Positions 32,008-42,072 of a stretch of 64,000 nt of DNA are shown here, one piece after another. The notes under the pieces were generated by a model that was given only the letters and a program-made list of their open reading frames with translations, did no database searches and was not told the DNA's origin. The DNA lies in the NCBI GenBank assembly GCA_022683945.1, contig JAJHSH010000051.1, positions 1,238-65,237 on the forward strand. Direction: 5' to 3'. A program made the translations under genes and the position numbers. The stretch comes from Candidatus Acetothermia bacterium. Its GTDB lineage: Bacteria > Bipolaricaulota > Bipolaricaulia > RBG-16-55-9 > DRXL01. Within the stretch, counting starts at the first letter, position 1. Each line of letters opens with the position of its first letter.

Positions 32008-32278
32008 GAGAGATGAGACGAAGGAGTTTTTTGCCAGAAACCACGAGCTCAGTCTTGAATTCAGCCGGTACATCTTGGAACACCCGGAGCTTGATGATCA
32101 GATAGCGCCAGACGCTGTGATCGTCTTTTTGCCCGACTTTGATGAGCCACTGAAGGCGTTCAACCTCAAGATGGGCAAAGAGCTTGAGCAAGAGGGACAG
32201 AGGGTCGTTTATTTGAGGGTGAAGGAACTCGCCCCGGTGAGGATTTCCCGCTTGATCGGCGTAGAAATCGGAAATTGA
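31991..32278 (+). CDS. hypothetical protein (member of a two-gene cassette)
   Basis: 95 aa, no confident family. Translationally coupled to the upstream ORF. Confidence 0.45.
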   Translation: MTMRAKRDETKEFFARNHELSLEFSRYILEHPELDDQIAPDAVIVFLPDFDEPLKAFNLKMGKELEQEGQRVVYLRVKELAPVRISRLIGVEIGN

Positions 32279-32364
32279 GAAACAAAGGGACTTTGCGGCG
32301 CTTAAGCTGCGAGGCTGTGGATCAATTGTTGGAAGAGATGGCCCCCGCTCGGACGAATAGAGCG

Positions 32365-32877
32365 TCAGCTCAAGTGTAAGTGCAGGATCTTCCAGCCCTC
32401 GGGGGTCTTGATTAAAATAATCGTCCCGCGCCCCTCGCCTAAGAGGCGCTGATTGTCTGTTAGCCGTGTGAACGCATAAAAGGTGCTGAACTGCCCCCAG
32501 GCTATCGAGCCTTCGATCTGCACATAAGCGTTGGCTATGACCCATTCAGAATCTTCGTTCGAATAGAGGGCCAATTCCGGCTTGAGATGCTCCTCGCGAT
32601 ACTGCGCCCAGCTGCTAAAACTTATGTTATTCTCGATAATCGTCGCGTCCGGGGCCCAGAGATCTTCGAGAAGCTTCACGTCCAGACGCGCAAAACCTTG
32701 AGTGAGGAGCGTGAGCACGGCTTTGATCGCGCGCTCGTCTGCTTTCTTTTGCTCTTCGGCATCTTGAGTTGGCGATGGAGAGCTGGCCGAAGAGGGCTGG
32801 CGTTCCCCACCACAGCCTGATAGAAGTCCCGTGACCAGTAACAGAACAAGAAGTATCCCCCAACGAAAACGCAACAA
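32365..32877 (-). CDS. lipoprotein with NTF2-like (SnoaL/DUF4440-like) domain
   Basis: Signal peptide with lipobox LLSGC. Low-complexity S/P linker. C-terminal ~120 aa resemble an NTF2-like fold. Confidence 0.55.
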   Translation of the reverse strand: MLRFRWGILLVLLLVTGLLSGCGGERQPSSASSPSPTQDAEEQKKADERAIKAVLTLLTQGFARLDVKLLEDLWAPDATIIENNISFSSWAQYREEHLKPELALYSNEDSEWVIANAYVQIEGSIAWGQFSTFYAFTRLTDNQRLLGEGRGTIILIKTPEGWKILHLHLS

Positions 32878-32938
32878 TCTATATCACTCCCTAAATCTCT
32901 TCCCTGAGTATATACCAAAGGGCGAGAAAAAATCAAGA

Positions 32939-33637
32939 TTATGAGCGATGCTTGCGCACCGGGCGCACCGGGACGCCGACCCAGATCGTGCGCGCGGGGA
33001 TTCTTTTATTGCTCAGCACGACCGAATGCGCTCCGACCAGAGCCTCTTCCCCGATTTCGGCGCCGGGCATCACGTGCGTCCCCATCCCCACAGTAGCCCC
33101 TCGGCCAATCTTCACACGTTTGAGCTTCAGCCGACCGCCTTCAGCTACGTGACAGACGATCACCGTGCCGCCGCCAATAACTACGTTGTCTTCAATCTCG
33201 ACCAACCAACAATCTATGAGCTGCGCGTTCAATTGGACACCGCGTCCGATCTTGGCCCCTAGCAATCTGTAATAGAGAATATTAATGCCGCTCAGGGGCA
33301 CAAAGTCTATAAAAGTCTTAGAAGCCGGGAAGAGAATCGCATCGTTGAGAAACCATAAGATAGACGGGCCGGAAAAGTACGGATATTCGCCTTCGGTCGG
33401 TTTGGGCAACAGTCTGCTGATGAGCACAATGAGCGTCATCAGGGCAAAGCCGTAGGAAAAGTAGCCGATCATGACTCCCAAACCCAGAGCGAAGGCCCGC
33501 CCCCAAGCGGGCCAGCTCTCAGATAGCTCTGCAATCTCGAAGAGCAAGCGTATGCCCGGTGTCAGAGCCGTGCCCATCAACAGCGCGCCGAAGCTCAAGA
33601 GCCCTAGAAAAAATATAGCTTGTGTAAAAACGTTCAT
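32939..33637 (-). CDS. membrane-anchored hexapeptide-repeat (left-handed beta-helix) acyltransferase-like protein
   Basis: Two or three N-terminal TM helices. C-terminal [LIV]-G-x-x-x-x hexapeptide repeats ([10 protein letters not shown]...[13 protein letters not shown]...). Confidence 0.55.
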   Translation of the reverse strand: MNVFTQAIFFLGLLSFGALLMGTALTPGIRLLFEIAELSESWPAWGRAFALGLGVMIGYFSYGFALMTLIVLISRLLPKPTEGEYPYFSGPSILWFLNDAILFPASKTFIDFVPLSGINILYYRLLGAKIGRGVQLNAQLIDCWLVEIEDNVVIGGGTVIVCHVAEGGRLKLKRVKIGRGATVGMGTHVMPGAEIGEEALVGAHSVVLSNKRIPARTIWVGVPVRPVRKHRS

Positions 33638-33743
33638 TAGAGTTATTATAAAGATTTCGTTAACCAGAGGGAAATCGCGATTTGCCCCGATACACTTGAT
33701 GAGCTATGATTACAAGAGCGAAGCAACAGCCCCTATTGGCAAT

Positions 33744-34988
33744 ATGAACACCATAAGAACGGTCGTCGTCACAGGAATCGGCGTAGTCACGCCGATTGGC
33801 ACCGGCAAAGAGGCTTTCTGGCAGGGGCTTATCGAAGGCCGCAGCGGTGTCGGTCGTGTGGATGATCTGATTGACCTCCAAGAGGTCGGCGCGAAGATCG
33901 GTGCGTATAACCGCGATTTTGATCCGCTGCGCTTTATGGACAAGAAGCGCGTGCGGCGCTTGGGGCGCTCAAGCCAGATGGCGCTGGCCGCCGCGAAGCT
34001 CGCTCTTGAAGAGAGCCGTCTCGATCTGAACAGCGCGAATTTAGACCGGATGGGCGTGGTCATCGGAACCGGCATTGGAAATATAGAAGCGCTCACGGAG
34101 AATTATGATATTCTTTTACAGAAGGGTGCTGGGCGCGTCAGCCCCTTCTTCGTCCCGATGTTCATGCCCAACGCTGTAGTCGGAGAGATCTCCATCGAGT
34201 GGGGGCTGCGGGGCCCTAATTACGGGACGGTTTCGGCCTGCGCCAGCTCCAATCACGCTATCGGGTTAGCCGCCGATGCCATCCGTTACGGCTATGCCGA
34301 CGTCATGGTGACCGGTGGAACAGAGTCCGTGACGCAGCCCCTGACGTTTGCGGGCTTCGATCAGATGGGGGCCCTCTCGCGCAGAAACGACGCGCCCGAA
34401 AGAGCCTCTCGTCCGTTCGATAGAGATCGCGACGGCTTTGTGGTGGGCGAGGGTGCGGGCATTTTAATGTTAGAGAGCTTGGAGCATGCGCGCGCGCGCG
34501 GCGCGTATGTTTACGCCGAGTTGGCGAGTATCGGCATGACTGCCGATGCGGGGCACATCACGGCTCCTGACGAGCAGGGCGAGGGTGCCCGCAAAGCGAT
34601 GCTGATGGCGCTGGAGCGCGCGGGCGTTCGTCCCGAAGAAGTAGATTATATTAACGCGCACGGGACGGCGACCCCGCTGGGGGATGTCAGCGAGACGAGG
34701 GCGATTAAGCGATTGTTCGGCGCGCACGCCTATAAATTAACCGTCAGTTCGACGAAATCGCAGATCGGACATCTCTTAGGCGCTGCGGGCGCTGTCGAAG
34801 CGATCGCGACGCTGATGGCCCTCGATCGCGGGATGCTCCCGCCCACTATGAACTTAGAGCATCCCGATCCAGAGTGCGATTTAGACTATATTCCCAACAA
34901 GGCGCGCCCGGCGAAAGTGCGCGTCGCGCTCTCGAACTCGTTCGGGTTCGGCGGGCATAATTCGGCGATCTTGCTGAGAAAGATCTAG
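33744..34988 (+). CDS. fabF: 3-oxoacyl-ACP synthase II
   Basis: [19 protein letters not shown]... with active-site Cys (ACASS) and His/His (HGTAT..., GHLLGAAG). ATG at 33744; the track ORF 33471.. is an upstream extension. Confidence 0.95.
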   Translation: MNTIRTVVVTGIGVVTPIGTGKEAFWQGLIEGRSGVGRVDDLIDLQEVGAKIGAYNRDFDPLRFMDKKRVRRLGRSSQMALAAAKLALEESRLDLNSANLDRMGVVIGTGIGNIEALTENYDILLQKGAGRVSPFFVPMFMPNAVVGEISIEWGLRGPNYGTVSACASSNHAIGLAADAIRYGYADVMVTGGTESVTQPLTFAGFDQMGALSRRNDAPERASRPFDRDRDGFVVGEGAGILMLESLEHARARGAYVYAELASIGMTADAGHITAPDEQGEGARKAMLMALERAGVRPEEVDYINAHGTATPLGDVSETRAIKRLFGAHAYKLTVSSTKSQIGHLLGAAGAVEAIATLMALDRGMLPPTMNLEHPDPECDLDYIPNKARPAKVRVALSNSFGFGGHNSAILLRKI

Positions 34989-35030
34989 CGTTGATGCGCA
35001 GCCCGTGAGCACAGTATAATCTTAAGCACT

Positions 35031-36086
35031 ATGAAAAATGCTACAGATCTGCTCGAACAGCTTTCGACCGCGTTCGGTGTCTCCGGCTTTGAAGACGACG
35101 TTCGCGATGTGATCTCTCAGTTTGTCAAGCCCCTCGCTGACGAAGTCCGCGTTGACCCCTTGGGGAATCTCATCGTCACCCGCAAGGGCAAATCAGATTT
35201 TACGCTCATGCTCGACGCGCACATGGACGAAGTCGGCTTAATTATTAGCTACATTGAAGAGCGGGGCTTCTTGCGCTTTGCGACGCTGGGCGGCTGGGAC
35301 ATAAGAATCTTACCCGCCCAAGTCGTCAAGATCCGCACGCGCACCGGAAAACTCATCACGGGAGTTATCGGGAGCCTCCCGCCCCATGTGCTCAAGCCCG
35401 AAGATCGAGAGAAGCCGTTCAAGCTCGAAGATCTCTTCATTGACGTTGGTGCTTCTTCTACCGACGAAGTTCAGAAGATGGGGATTCGCATCGGCGACCC
35501 CGCCGTGCCCTATCATCCCTTTGAGCAGCTCAGCGAAAATCTCTTAGGCGGAAAAGCCTTTGATGATCGCGCCGGCTGCGCCGTCGCCATTCACACTCTG
35601 CAAGAGCTTCAGAAAGAGAATTTGGCTCTGACTTTAGTCTGCAACTTCGCGATCGGCGAAGAGACGGGGTTGCGCGGCGCACGGGCTGCTGCCTATAGCA
35701 TCAACCCCCATGTCGCACTGGCTCTGGAAGGGACAATCGGCGCGGACGTCCCCGGCGTCGCGCCCGCACGCCAGCCGACAGCCCTGGGCAAAGGCCCGGC
35801 GATCACGATTGCTGACAGCTCTCTCGTCACCAGCCGCCGCGTCGTGGAAGCATTAGAGAAGATCGCAGAGAAACTGAAAATCGCGTATCAGTATAAGTTA
35901 CCCATCTACGGCGGCACCGACGCCGGCGCGATTCACACAACGCGCGGCGGGGTTCTGTCTGGAGTGCTTTCGGTGCCCTGTCGGTATATTCACTCGCAGT
36001 TTAGTTTGTTGAGACTGGACGACTTCGAGAAGACGGTGAAGCTGACGGTGGGCTTTGTGCGGGAGTGCCGAGATCTGTTGGGTTAA
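35031..36086 (+). CDS. M42 family metallopeptidase (FrvX/glutamyl aminopeptidase-like)
   Basis: 351 aa. M42 fold motifs (DAHMDEVG, GKAFDDRAG, EETG). Confidence 0.85.
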   Translation: MKNATDLLEQLSTAFGVSGFEDDVRDVISQFVKPLADEVRVDPLGNLIVTRKGKSDFTLMLDAHMDEVGLIISYIEERGFLRFATLGGWDIRILPAQVVKIRTRTGKLITGVIGSLPPHVLKPEDREKPFKLEDLFIDVGASSTDEVQKMGIRIGDPAVPYHPFEQLSENLLGGKAFDDRAGCAVAIHTLQELQKENLALTLVCNFAIGEETGLRGARAAAYSINPHVALALEGTIGADVPGVAPARQPTALGKGPAITIADSSLVTSRRVVEALEKIAEKLKIAYQYKLPIYGGTDAGAIHTTRGGVLSGVLSVPCRYIHSQFSLLRLDDFEKTVKLTVGFVRECRDLLG

Positions 36087-37333
36087 GCGAAGAGCTTCTG
36101 CGCCGTCTTGAGCGCGTCTACAAGCGCGTCTACGTCCTCTTCGGAGTTGTAGATATAGAAACTCGCGCGCGCGGTGTTTTCTATCTCTAAGCGTTTCATC
36201 AACGGCTGTGCGCAGTGATGCCCGCTACGCACCGCGATCCCCGCTTCATCTAGGATCCCCGCGACATCGTGGGGATGAACACCCCTCAGATTGAACGAGA
36301 TCACCGCGAGACGGTCTTGCGTCTCTTTGGGTCCGTAGATCTCTAGATTATCTATCTGCAAAAGCTTATTGAGCGCATATTCTAAGAGCTTCTGCTCGTG
36401 CGCATAGACGTTCTCCAGGCCCAGCGCACAAAGATAATCCATAGCTACTCCCAGCCCGATCCCCCCTGAGATATTTGGCGTGCCCGCTTCGAACTTCCAC
36501 GGCAGCTCGTTAAACGTCACGCTCTCTGTGGTCACCGTGCTGATCATATCGCCGCCGTAGAGAAACGGGTCCATAGTCTCCAACAGCTCGCGACGCCCGT
36601 AGAGAAACCCGATCCCCGTCGGGCCCAGCATCTTGTGCCCAGAGATAGCGAGAAAATCACAGCGGAGCGCTTGAACGTCTATGGGAATATGAGGCGCAGC
36701 CTGCGCCGCGTCTAGGAGCGTTACAGCTCCGACCCTCTTTGCTGCTTCAATAACTTCAGCAACGGAATTGATCGTTCCCAGAGCGTTGCTGGCATAGACG
36801 AGTCCAACGAGCTTGGTGCGTTTTGTTAATAATCGGGGCAATTCGTCGAGCTTTAGGCGCCCCTCGTCGGTCACATCGAGAAATCCAACCGCAACCTGCT
36901 TGAGCTCACGCAGTCGGAACCAGGGCACGATGTCCGAGTGGTGCTCCATAATGGTCACGAGAACTTCATCGCCCGCTTGCAGATTTTTTAAGCCCCAAGC
37001 ATAAGCGACCAAGTTTATCGCTTCGGTCGCGTTGCGTGTGAAGACGATCTCCTTCCAAGAACGGGCATTGACAAATCTTGCGGCCTTCTTGTGGGCATCT
37101 TCATAAGCGACAGACGCTTCGTGGGAGAGCGTGTGCACCGCACGATGGACGTTGGCGTTATACGATTGATAGTAGCGTGTGACGGCGTCTATGACAGACT
37201 GGGGTCGCTGGCTCGTTGCAGCATTATCTAAATAAATTAAGGGCTTGCCGTGTACCGTGCGCGTGAAGATCGGAAAATCTCTTTTGATCGTTCGTGGGTC
37301 AAGCTCTTTGAGCGTTTGCGTTCGGACGGCCAT
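36083..37333 (-). CDS. sufS: cysteine desulfurase, SufS subfamily
   Basis: LDNAATSQRPQSVIDAV, the PLP-Lys region SGHKMLGPTG, and the catalytic Cys loop (RSGHHCAQP). Confidence 0.9.
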   Translation of the reverse strand: MAVRTQTLKELDPRTIKRDFPIFTRTVHGKPLIYLDNAATSQRPQSVIDAVTRYYQSYNANVHRAVHTLSHEASVAYEDAHKKAARFVNARSWKEIVFTRNATEAINLVAYAWGLKNLQAGDEVLVTIMEHHSDIVPWFRLRELKQVAVGFLDVTDEGRLKLDELPRLLTKRTKLVGLVYASNALGTINSVAEVIEAAKRVGAVTLLDAAQAAPHIPIDVQALRCDFLAISGHKMLGPTGIGFLYGRRELLETMDPFLYGGDMISTVTTESVTFNELPWKFEAGTPNISGGIGLGVAMDYLCALGLENVYAHEQKLLEYALNKLLQIDNLEIYGPKETQDRLAVISFNLRGVHPHDVAGILDEAGIAVRSGHHCAQPLMKRLEIENTARASFYIYNSEEDVDALVDALKTAQKLFA

Positions 37334-37347
37334 CGCTCCTCACGCTC

Positions 37348-37656
37348 CTAGTCGAGTTTTATGAAGACTTCATCGCCTTCAATATGCACAGGGTACGTCT
37401 CTACTCCGATATACGCCGGCATTCTCAAAACAGCTCCGGTGCGAATATCAAACTGCGCTCCGTGACGAGGGCATTCGACGACACACCCGCGCAGCACCCC
37501 TCCCGTTAGGATTCCGCCGTCATGGGTGCAGACATCTTTGAGAGCATAAAACTTTCCGTCTACATTGAAGAGAGCAATTCGCTCATCTTCGAGTTCAATG
37601 CTCTTATACTGTCCGGGCGCGAGTTCGCTCGTCTTGGCAATTTTTCTCAGTTTCAT
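37348..37656 (-). CDS. Rieske [2Fe-2S] ferredoxin-like protein
   Basis: CTHDGGILTGG...CPRHGAQFDIRTGA Rieske motifs. ATG at 37656 with SD GGGAGAGGAAGA, in an ATGA overlap with the sufU stop. Confidence 0.8.
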   Translation of the reverse strand: MKLRKIAKTSELAPGQYKSIELEDERIALFNVDGKFYALKDVCTHDGGILTGGVLRGCVVECPRHGAQFDIRTGAVLRMPAYIGVETYPVHIEGDEVFIKLD

Positions 37657-38054
37657 TCTTCCTCTCCCGGCCACTCTGTAATCCCGTAAGCGCCGGCCTT
37701 CACGATTTTCAGTGCCAACAAAGCGCACTTCATTCTCATCGCGCTGATCTCAACTCCCAAGAGATCGAGCATCTTCTGTTTATCGAACTCTTTGACTTCC
37801 GCGAGCGTCTTGCCCTTGATCTCTTCTGTCAGAATGGACGCGGCGGCCTGCGAGATCGCACAGCCCTTGCCGCTGAAGCGCACGTCCGTAATTCTGTCGT
37901 TGTCAATCTTCAACTCGATGCGAATCTGATCTCCACAGCTGGGGTTACCCTCTTCGTGCACAATATCTGGATTCTCCAGGTGCCCATAATTTTGCGGGTT
38001 CTTATAGTGTTCAATGATAAAATCCAGATCGGCGGCGACGGCCATCAGTGCCAC
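37653..38054 (-). CDS. sufU: SUF-system Fe-S cluster assembly scaffold/sulfur-transfer protein (SufU/IscU-like)
   Basis: Conserved Cys/Asp/Cys ligands (GNPSCGD, SGKGCAIS, MKCALL). Confidence 0.85.
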   Translation of the reverse strand: MALMAVAADLDFIIEHYKNPQNYGHLENPDIVHEEGNPSCGDQIRIELKIDNDRITDVRFSGKGCAISQAAASILTEEIKGKTLAEVKEFDKQKMLDLLGVEISAMRMKCALLALKIVKAGAYGITEWPGEEE

Positions 38055-39325
38055 TTCTCCTCGACGAGGGCGTGAAAGCGTTCGCGCACGCCCGTGATGG
38101 GAATCTGTTCTAAAGTCGGCGTGAGAAAGCCTTCGACGATGGCGCGCTTGGCCCGCTCGCGCTCCAAGCCGCGACTCTGCAGATAAAAAATCTGCTCTTC
38201 GTCAATGGGGCCGATAGAAGCGCCATGAGTAGCACGGACGTCGTTGGCTTCGATCTCCAGTCCGGGAATGGCGTCGCAGTGCGCCCCGTCGTTCAAGAGC
38301 AGCCCTTGCGCTAACTGATACGAATTGGACTGCTGCGCCGGCGGCTCGACCTTGATAAACCCATACATCACCGCTCTGGCCCGGTCTTTCAAGACGCCCT
38401 TCACATGGATCTCACCCTTGACGTGAGGGGCCATGTTGCGCAAAGAACTTGTCAAGTCAAAATGCTGTCTGTTTCTTCCGAAGAGCACCTGAATATCTTC
38501 CATGGTTGCGCCGGGGCCCATCAGTCGGCTCTCTACGTAGCTGTGCGTCAGTTTACCACCGAGCCAGCCGATTGTCCAGTGCATCCGGGCGTCGCGTTGA
38601 ATCTGGGCGCGGCGACGCACGAAGCTATACGTCTCTTCGTTCCAGTTCTGCATGCCGCCAAACTGTAACTGAGCCCCCTCGCCCACGTAGATCTCCGTGA
38701 CCGCTGCGTGAAAGGGTGTCCCGTCCCCGTAGGGGTGGCGCGCGTAGGATTCTTCCAAGAGCGTGGCGCGGCTGCCACGCTCTAAAACTACAACAAGATG
38801 CGAAAGAGCAGCTATCTCAGAACAATCCAGAAGATGCACCAGTCGCAGCGGCTCCTCCAAGATGACGTCTTTGGGGATATAGACAAAAAGTCCGCTTGCG
38901 GCAAAAGCAGCCACTAAGGCAGTCATCTTATCTTCGCTCGGCGCGATCGCTTGGGAGAGATAGCGCTGGACTAAATCTGCATGCTCGCGCAGGGCCGTCT
39001 CCAGATCACAGAAGATAACGCCCTTCTCGCGTAGATGCTGCGGCAGCTTGGTGGAGACCACAGCATTGTCAATCTGGGAATAGATCGCTTCGCGCTCGCG
39101 GGCGAACTCCGGCAGCTTTTCGGAGCTCTCCGGCGCGAGCCGATAAGTTTGCAGATCCAAATTGCGGATCTTCGTGTAGCGTGAATCGGGAAGCGGCAAC
39201 TTCTGAAAGATCTCGAACGCTCTCCAGCGCTGCTCTGTCCGCCACGCCGGTTCGCGATAACGCCCCGATAGCTCTCGAATCGTTTCTGAAGAAAATGCGC
39301 TCTGCAGGTTCGTGGTATGTGGCAT
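38045..39325 (-). CDS. sufD: Fe-S cluster assembly protein SufD
   Basis: 426 aa with SufBD beta-helix. Downstream of sufB. Confidence 0.85.
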   Translation of the reverse strand: MPHTTNLQSAFSSETIRELSGRYREPAWRTEQRWRAFEIFQKLPLPDSRYTKIRNLDLQTYRLAPESSEKLPEFAREREAIYSQIDNAVVSTKLPQHLREKGVIFCDLETALREHADLVQRYLSQAIAPSEDKMTALVAAFAASGLFVYIPKDVILEEPLRLVHLLDCSEIAALSHLVVVLERGSRATLLEESYARHPYGDGTPFHAAVTEIYVGEGAQLQFGGMQNWNEETYSFVRRRAQIQRDARMHWTIGWLGGKLTHSYVESRLMGPGATMEDIQVLFGRNRQHFDLTSSLRNMAPHVKGEIHVKGVLKDRARAVMYGFIKVEPPAQQSNSYQLAQGLLLNDGAHCDAIPGLEIEANDVRATHGASIGPIDEEQIFYLQSRGLERERAKRAIVEGFLTPTLEQIPITGVRERFHALVEEKWH

Positions 39326-39331
39326 AAGCGT

Positions 39332-40792
39332 TCAGCCGACCGATCCTTCCATCTCGAGTTGGATCAATCTGTTGAATTCGATGGCATACTCCATCGGCAG
39401 CGTTTTGGTGAAGGGCTCCATGAAGCCCAGCACGATCATAGAGAGAGCTTCGGCTTCAGAGAGTCCGCGCGACTGCAGATAAAAAATCTGATCGTCGCCG
39501 ACTTTGCCGACGGTTGCTTCGTGGCCGATCGTGACTTGGTCTTCGTCAATTTCGATATAGGGATAGGTGTCTGTGCGTGAGCGCTCGTCTAAGAGCAGCG
39601 CATCGCAGCGCACGTTGGATTTGGCGTGGTGCGCGCCCTTGGCGACCACCAATTGGCCGCGATAGCTGGCGCGCCCACCGTCCTTGCTCACAGATTTGGA
39701 GACAATCGTCGAAGTGGTGTACGGCGCGGCGTGAATGGCCTTGCCGCCGGTGTCTTGGTGCTGGCCCTTACCGGCGAAGGCGACAGAGAGAATATCGGCC
39801 TTGGCTCCCTTGCCCAGCATATACACAGCGGGATACTTCATGGTGATGCGGGAACCGATATTCGCATCTACCCATTCCACCGTCGCGTCTTCGTAGGCCA
39901 CCGCGCGCTTGGTCACTAAATTATAGACATCATTAGACCAATTTTGCAGCGTCGTATATCTCAGATGCGCGCCGCGTTTGGCGATCAGCTCCACGACCGC
40001 TGAATGCAGTGATTCTCGCGAATAGACGGGCGCTGTACAGCCTTCTATGTAATGGACTCGCGCGCCCTCGTCGGCGATAATCAGCGTGCGCTCAAACTGC
40101 CCCATCTGCGGCGCGTTGATTCTGAAATACGCTTGCAGCGGGATCTCGACCTGCACGCCCTTGGGCACATAGATAAAACTTCCACCAGACCAGACAGCGC
40201 TATTCAGCGCCGCGAACTTGTTATCCGTCGGGGGAATCACTGTGGCTATATACTCTTTTACTAAATCGGGATACTCCCGCAAGCCGTCGTCCATGCTGAG
40301 AAAGACGACGCCCTTCTTCGCTAAGTCTTCGCGAATGGAGTGGTAGACGACTTCGGAGTCGTACTGCGCCCCGACACCCGCTAAGAATTTTCGCTCCGCT
40401 TCGGGGATGCCTAAGCGATCGAATGTTTTCTTGACTTCTTCGGGTACATCGTCCCAACTGCGCGCGCTCTTGTCCGAAGGGGAAGCATAGTACGTGATCC
40501 TATCAAAGTTGATGGTGGAGAGATCGGCTCCCCACATGGGCATCGTTTTCTTCAGAAAGACTTCATAGGCTTGCAGACGAAACTCGCGCATCCAGTTCGG
40601 TTCGTTCTTCAGATGCGAGATCTCTTCTATGATCTCGCGCGAGAGCCCCGGCTTGAGCACATGCTGGTAGCGATCCGTAGGGAACTTGAAGTCGTACTGA
40701 GAATAATCGCGCTCGAAGGTCTCGCGCTTCTTTTCGACGGTCGCGCTCCCGTGGCGCTTCTCCCCCAAGTGGCGTACATCTTCTTTGGGCAT
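39332..40792 (-). CDS. sufB: Fe-S cluster assembly protein SufB
   Basis: 486 aa, highly conserved SufB (…[32 protein letters not shown]…). Confidence 0.95.
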   Translation of the reverse strand: MPKEDVRHLGEKRHGSATVEKKRETFERDYSQYDFKFPTDRYQHVLKPGLSREIIEEISHLKNEPNWMREFRLQAYEVFLKKTMPMWGADLSTINFDRITYYASPSDKSARSWDDVPEEVKKTFDRLGIPEAERKFLAGVGAQYDSEVVYHSIREDLAKKGVVFLSMDDGLREYPDLVKEYIATVIPPTDNKFAALNSAVWSGGSFIYVPKGVQVEIPLQAYFRINAPQMGQFERTLIIADEGARVHYIEGCTAPVYSRESLHSAVVELIAKRGAHLRYTTLQNWSNDVYNLVTKRAVAYEDATVEWVDANIGSRITMKYPAVYMLGKGAKADILSVAFAGKGQHQDTGGKAIHAAPYTTSTIVSKSVSKDGGRASYRGQLVVAKGAHHAKSNVRCDALLLDERSRTDTYPYIEIDEDQVTIGHEATVGKVGDDQIFYLQSRGLSEAEALSMIVLGFMEPFTKTLPMEYAIEFNRLIQLEMEGSVG

Positions 40793-40793
40793 C

Positions 40794-41591
40794 TCAGCTC
40801 ACCCCTTGCTCTTGTCCGTTGAGAATCCAATCGTAGCCCTTGGCTTCCAGTTCTTGGGCCAAGCTATAGTCTCCGCTGCGCACGATGCGCCCGTCGGCCA
40901 TGACGTGGACATAATCGGGTCGGAAGAAGTTCAGTATGCGTTGATAGTGTGTGATGATCAGTGCGCCGAACTCCGGGCCGCGCAGCTGATTGATCGCCTC
41001 GGCCACCACGCGCACCGAATCAATATCTAACCCAGAATCCGTTTCGTCCATAATGGCAATCTGAGGTTTCAGAAGGTGCATCTGGACGATCTCGGCGCGT
41101 TTCTTCTCGCCGCCGGAGAAGCCGACGTTGAGATAGCGCTGGCCGAAGACCTCGTCCAGTTTGAGTAGGCTGAGCTTGGCTTTGAGTTCTTTGCGGAACT
41201 CTCCCAAGGCTTTGGCGTCGGCTTTCTTATCGGGTTTTCCATTGCTCGTTTCGCTCTGGCCGAGCTGGGCCTTCTTCGCTGCCCAGAGAAATCTTCCCAA
41301 GGGGACGCCCTGAATCTCCAGGGGATACTGAAACGCCAAGAAGAGTCCGAGCCAGGCGCGCTCATCGGGCTCTAACTCTAAGATATTCTGTCCTTTGAAG
41401 AGCACCTCTCCGCCGGTGACTTCGTATTTGGGGTGGCCCATGAGCGCCAGCGCCAGCGTGCTCTTGCCGGAGCCGTTGGGCCCCATGATCGAGTGGACTT
41501 CCCCGGTCTTGACTGTCAGTGTGAGCCCTTTGAGGATCTCTTTGCCCTCCACGCTCACTCGTAGATCTCTGATCTCCAACGCATTGGCCAT
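40794..41591 (-). CDS. sufC: Fe-S cluster assembly ATPase SufC
   Basis: Walker [10 protein letters not shown], signature FSGGEKKR, H-loop and the characteristic SufC C-terminus. Confidence 0.95.
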   Translation of the reverse strand: MANALEIRDLRVSVEGKEILKGLTLTVKTGEVHSIMGPNGSGKSTLALALMGHPKYEVTGGEVLFKGQNILELEPDERAWLGLFLAFQYPLEIQGVPLGRFLWAAKKAQLGQSETSNGKPDKKADAKALGEFRKELKAKLSLLKLDEVFGQRYLNVGFSGGEKKRAEIVQMHLLKPQIAIMDETDSGLDIDSVRVVAEAINQLRGPEFGALIITHYQRILNFFRPDYVHVMADGRIVRSGDYSLAQELEAKGYDWILNGQEQGVS

Positions 41592-41743
41592 AGTTTGAAA
41601 ACTCCTTTAGCACAGGCTTATTACTGTAAAAATCCTACTAGATTAGTCTGCTTTTGTCAAATGACTTCCGAACCGATTAAGACAGGCGTACTGAGCTAGC
41701 GTACCAATACTCGACTACAGTGATCTTTGCCCGTACGAAAGGA

Positions 41744-41821
41744 GCTGACAGCGGATTCGGGTAGCGAATTCAGCAGATTCAGAGAAATCCGCTTAATCTG
41801 CTACAGAAATCTGCTGTCAGC
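41744..41821. repeat. ~78-nt imperfect-palindromic intergenic element, copy 1 (core CTGACAGCGGATTCGGGTAGC)
   Basis: Outer stem GCTGACAGCGGATT / AATCTGCTGTCAGC with a nested inner hairpin. Lies 153 nt upstream of the sufC start. Confidence 0.6.
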
Positions 41822-42072
41822 TTTACTATGAACTGCAAGAACATCAGGATGCTTTAGAAGGGGAAGCTAAAGCCATCTGGGAGTATCTTTCTCAGATTAT
41901 AGGGAGCCGACGGAACCGTGAAGGTCGTTGAGGTCCTGCGTGCTTTCAAGAAGCTGCACATGGAAGATCCAATGCTCTGGCCCTCTGACCATGTCGGGAT
42001 TTGGGCCGATTTTGAGCTCCTCCATTGACAAACTTTGCGCGATCCTCTAAAGTTAAAGCCAGGACCTCAGAG

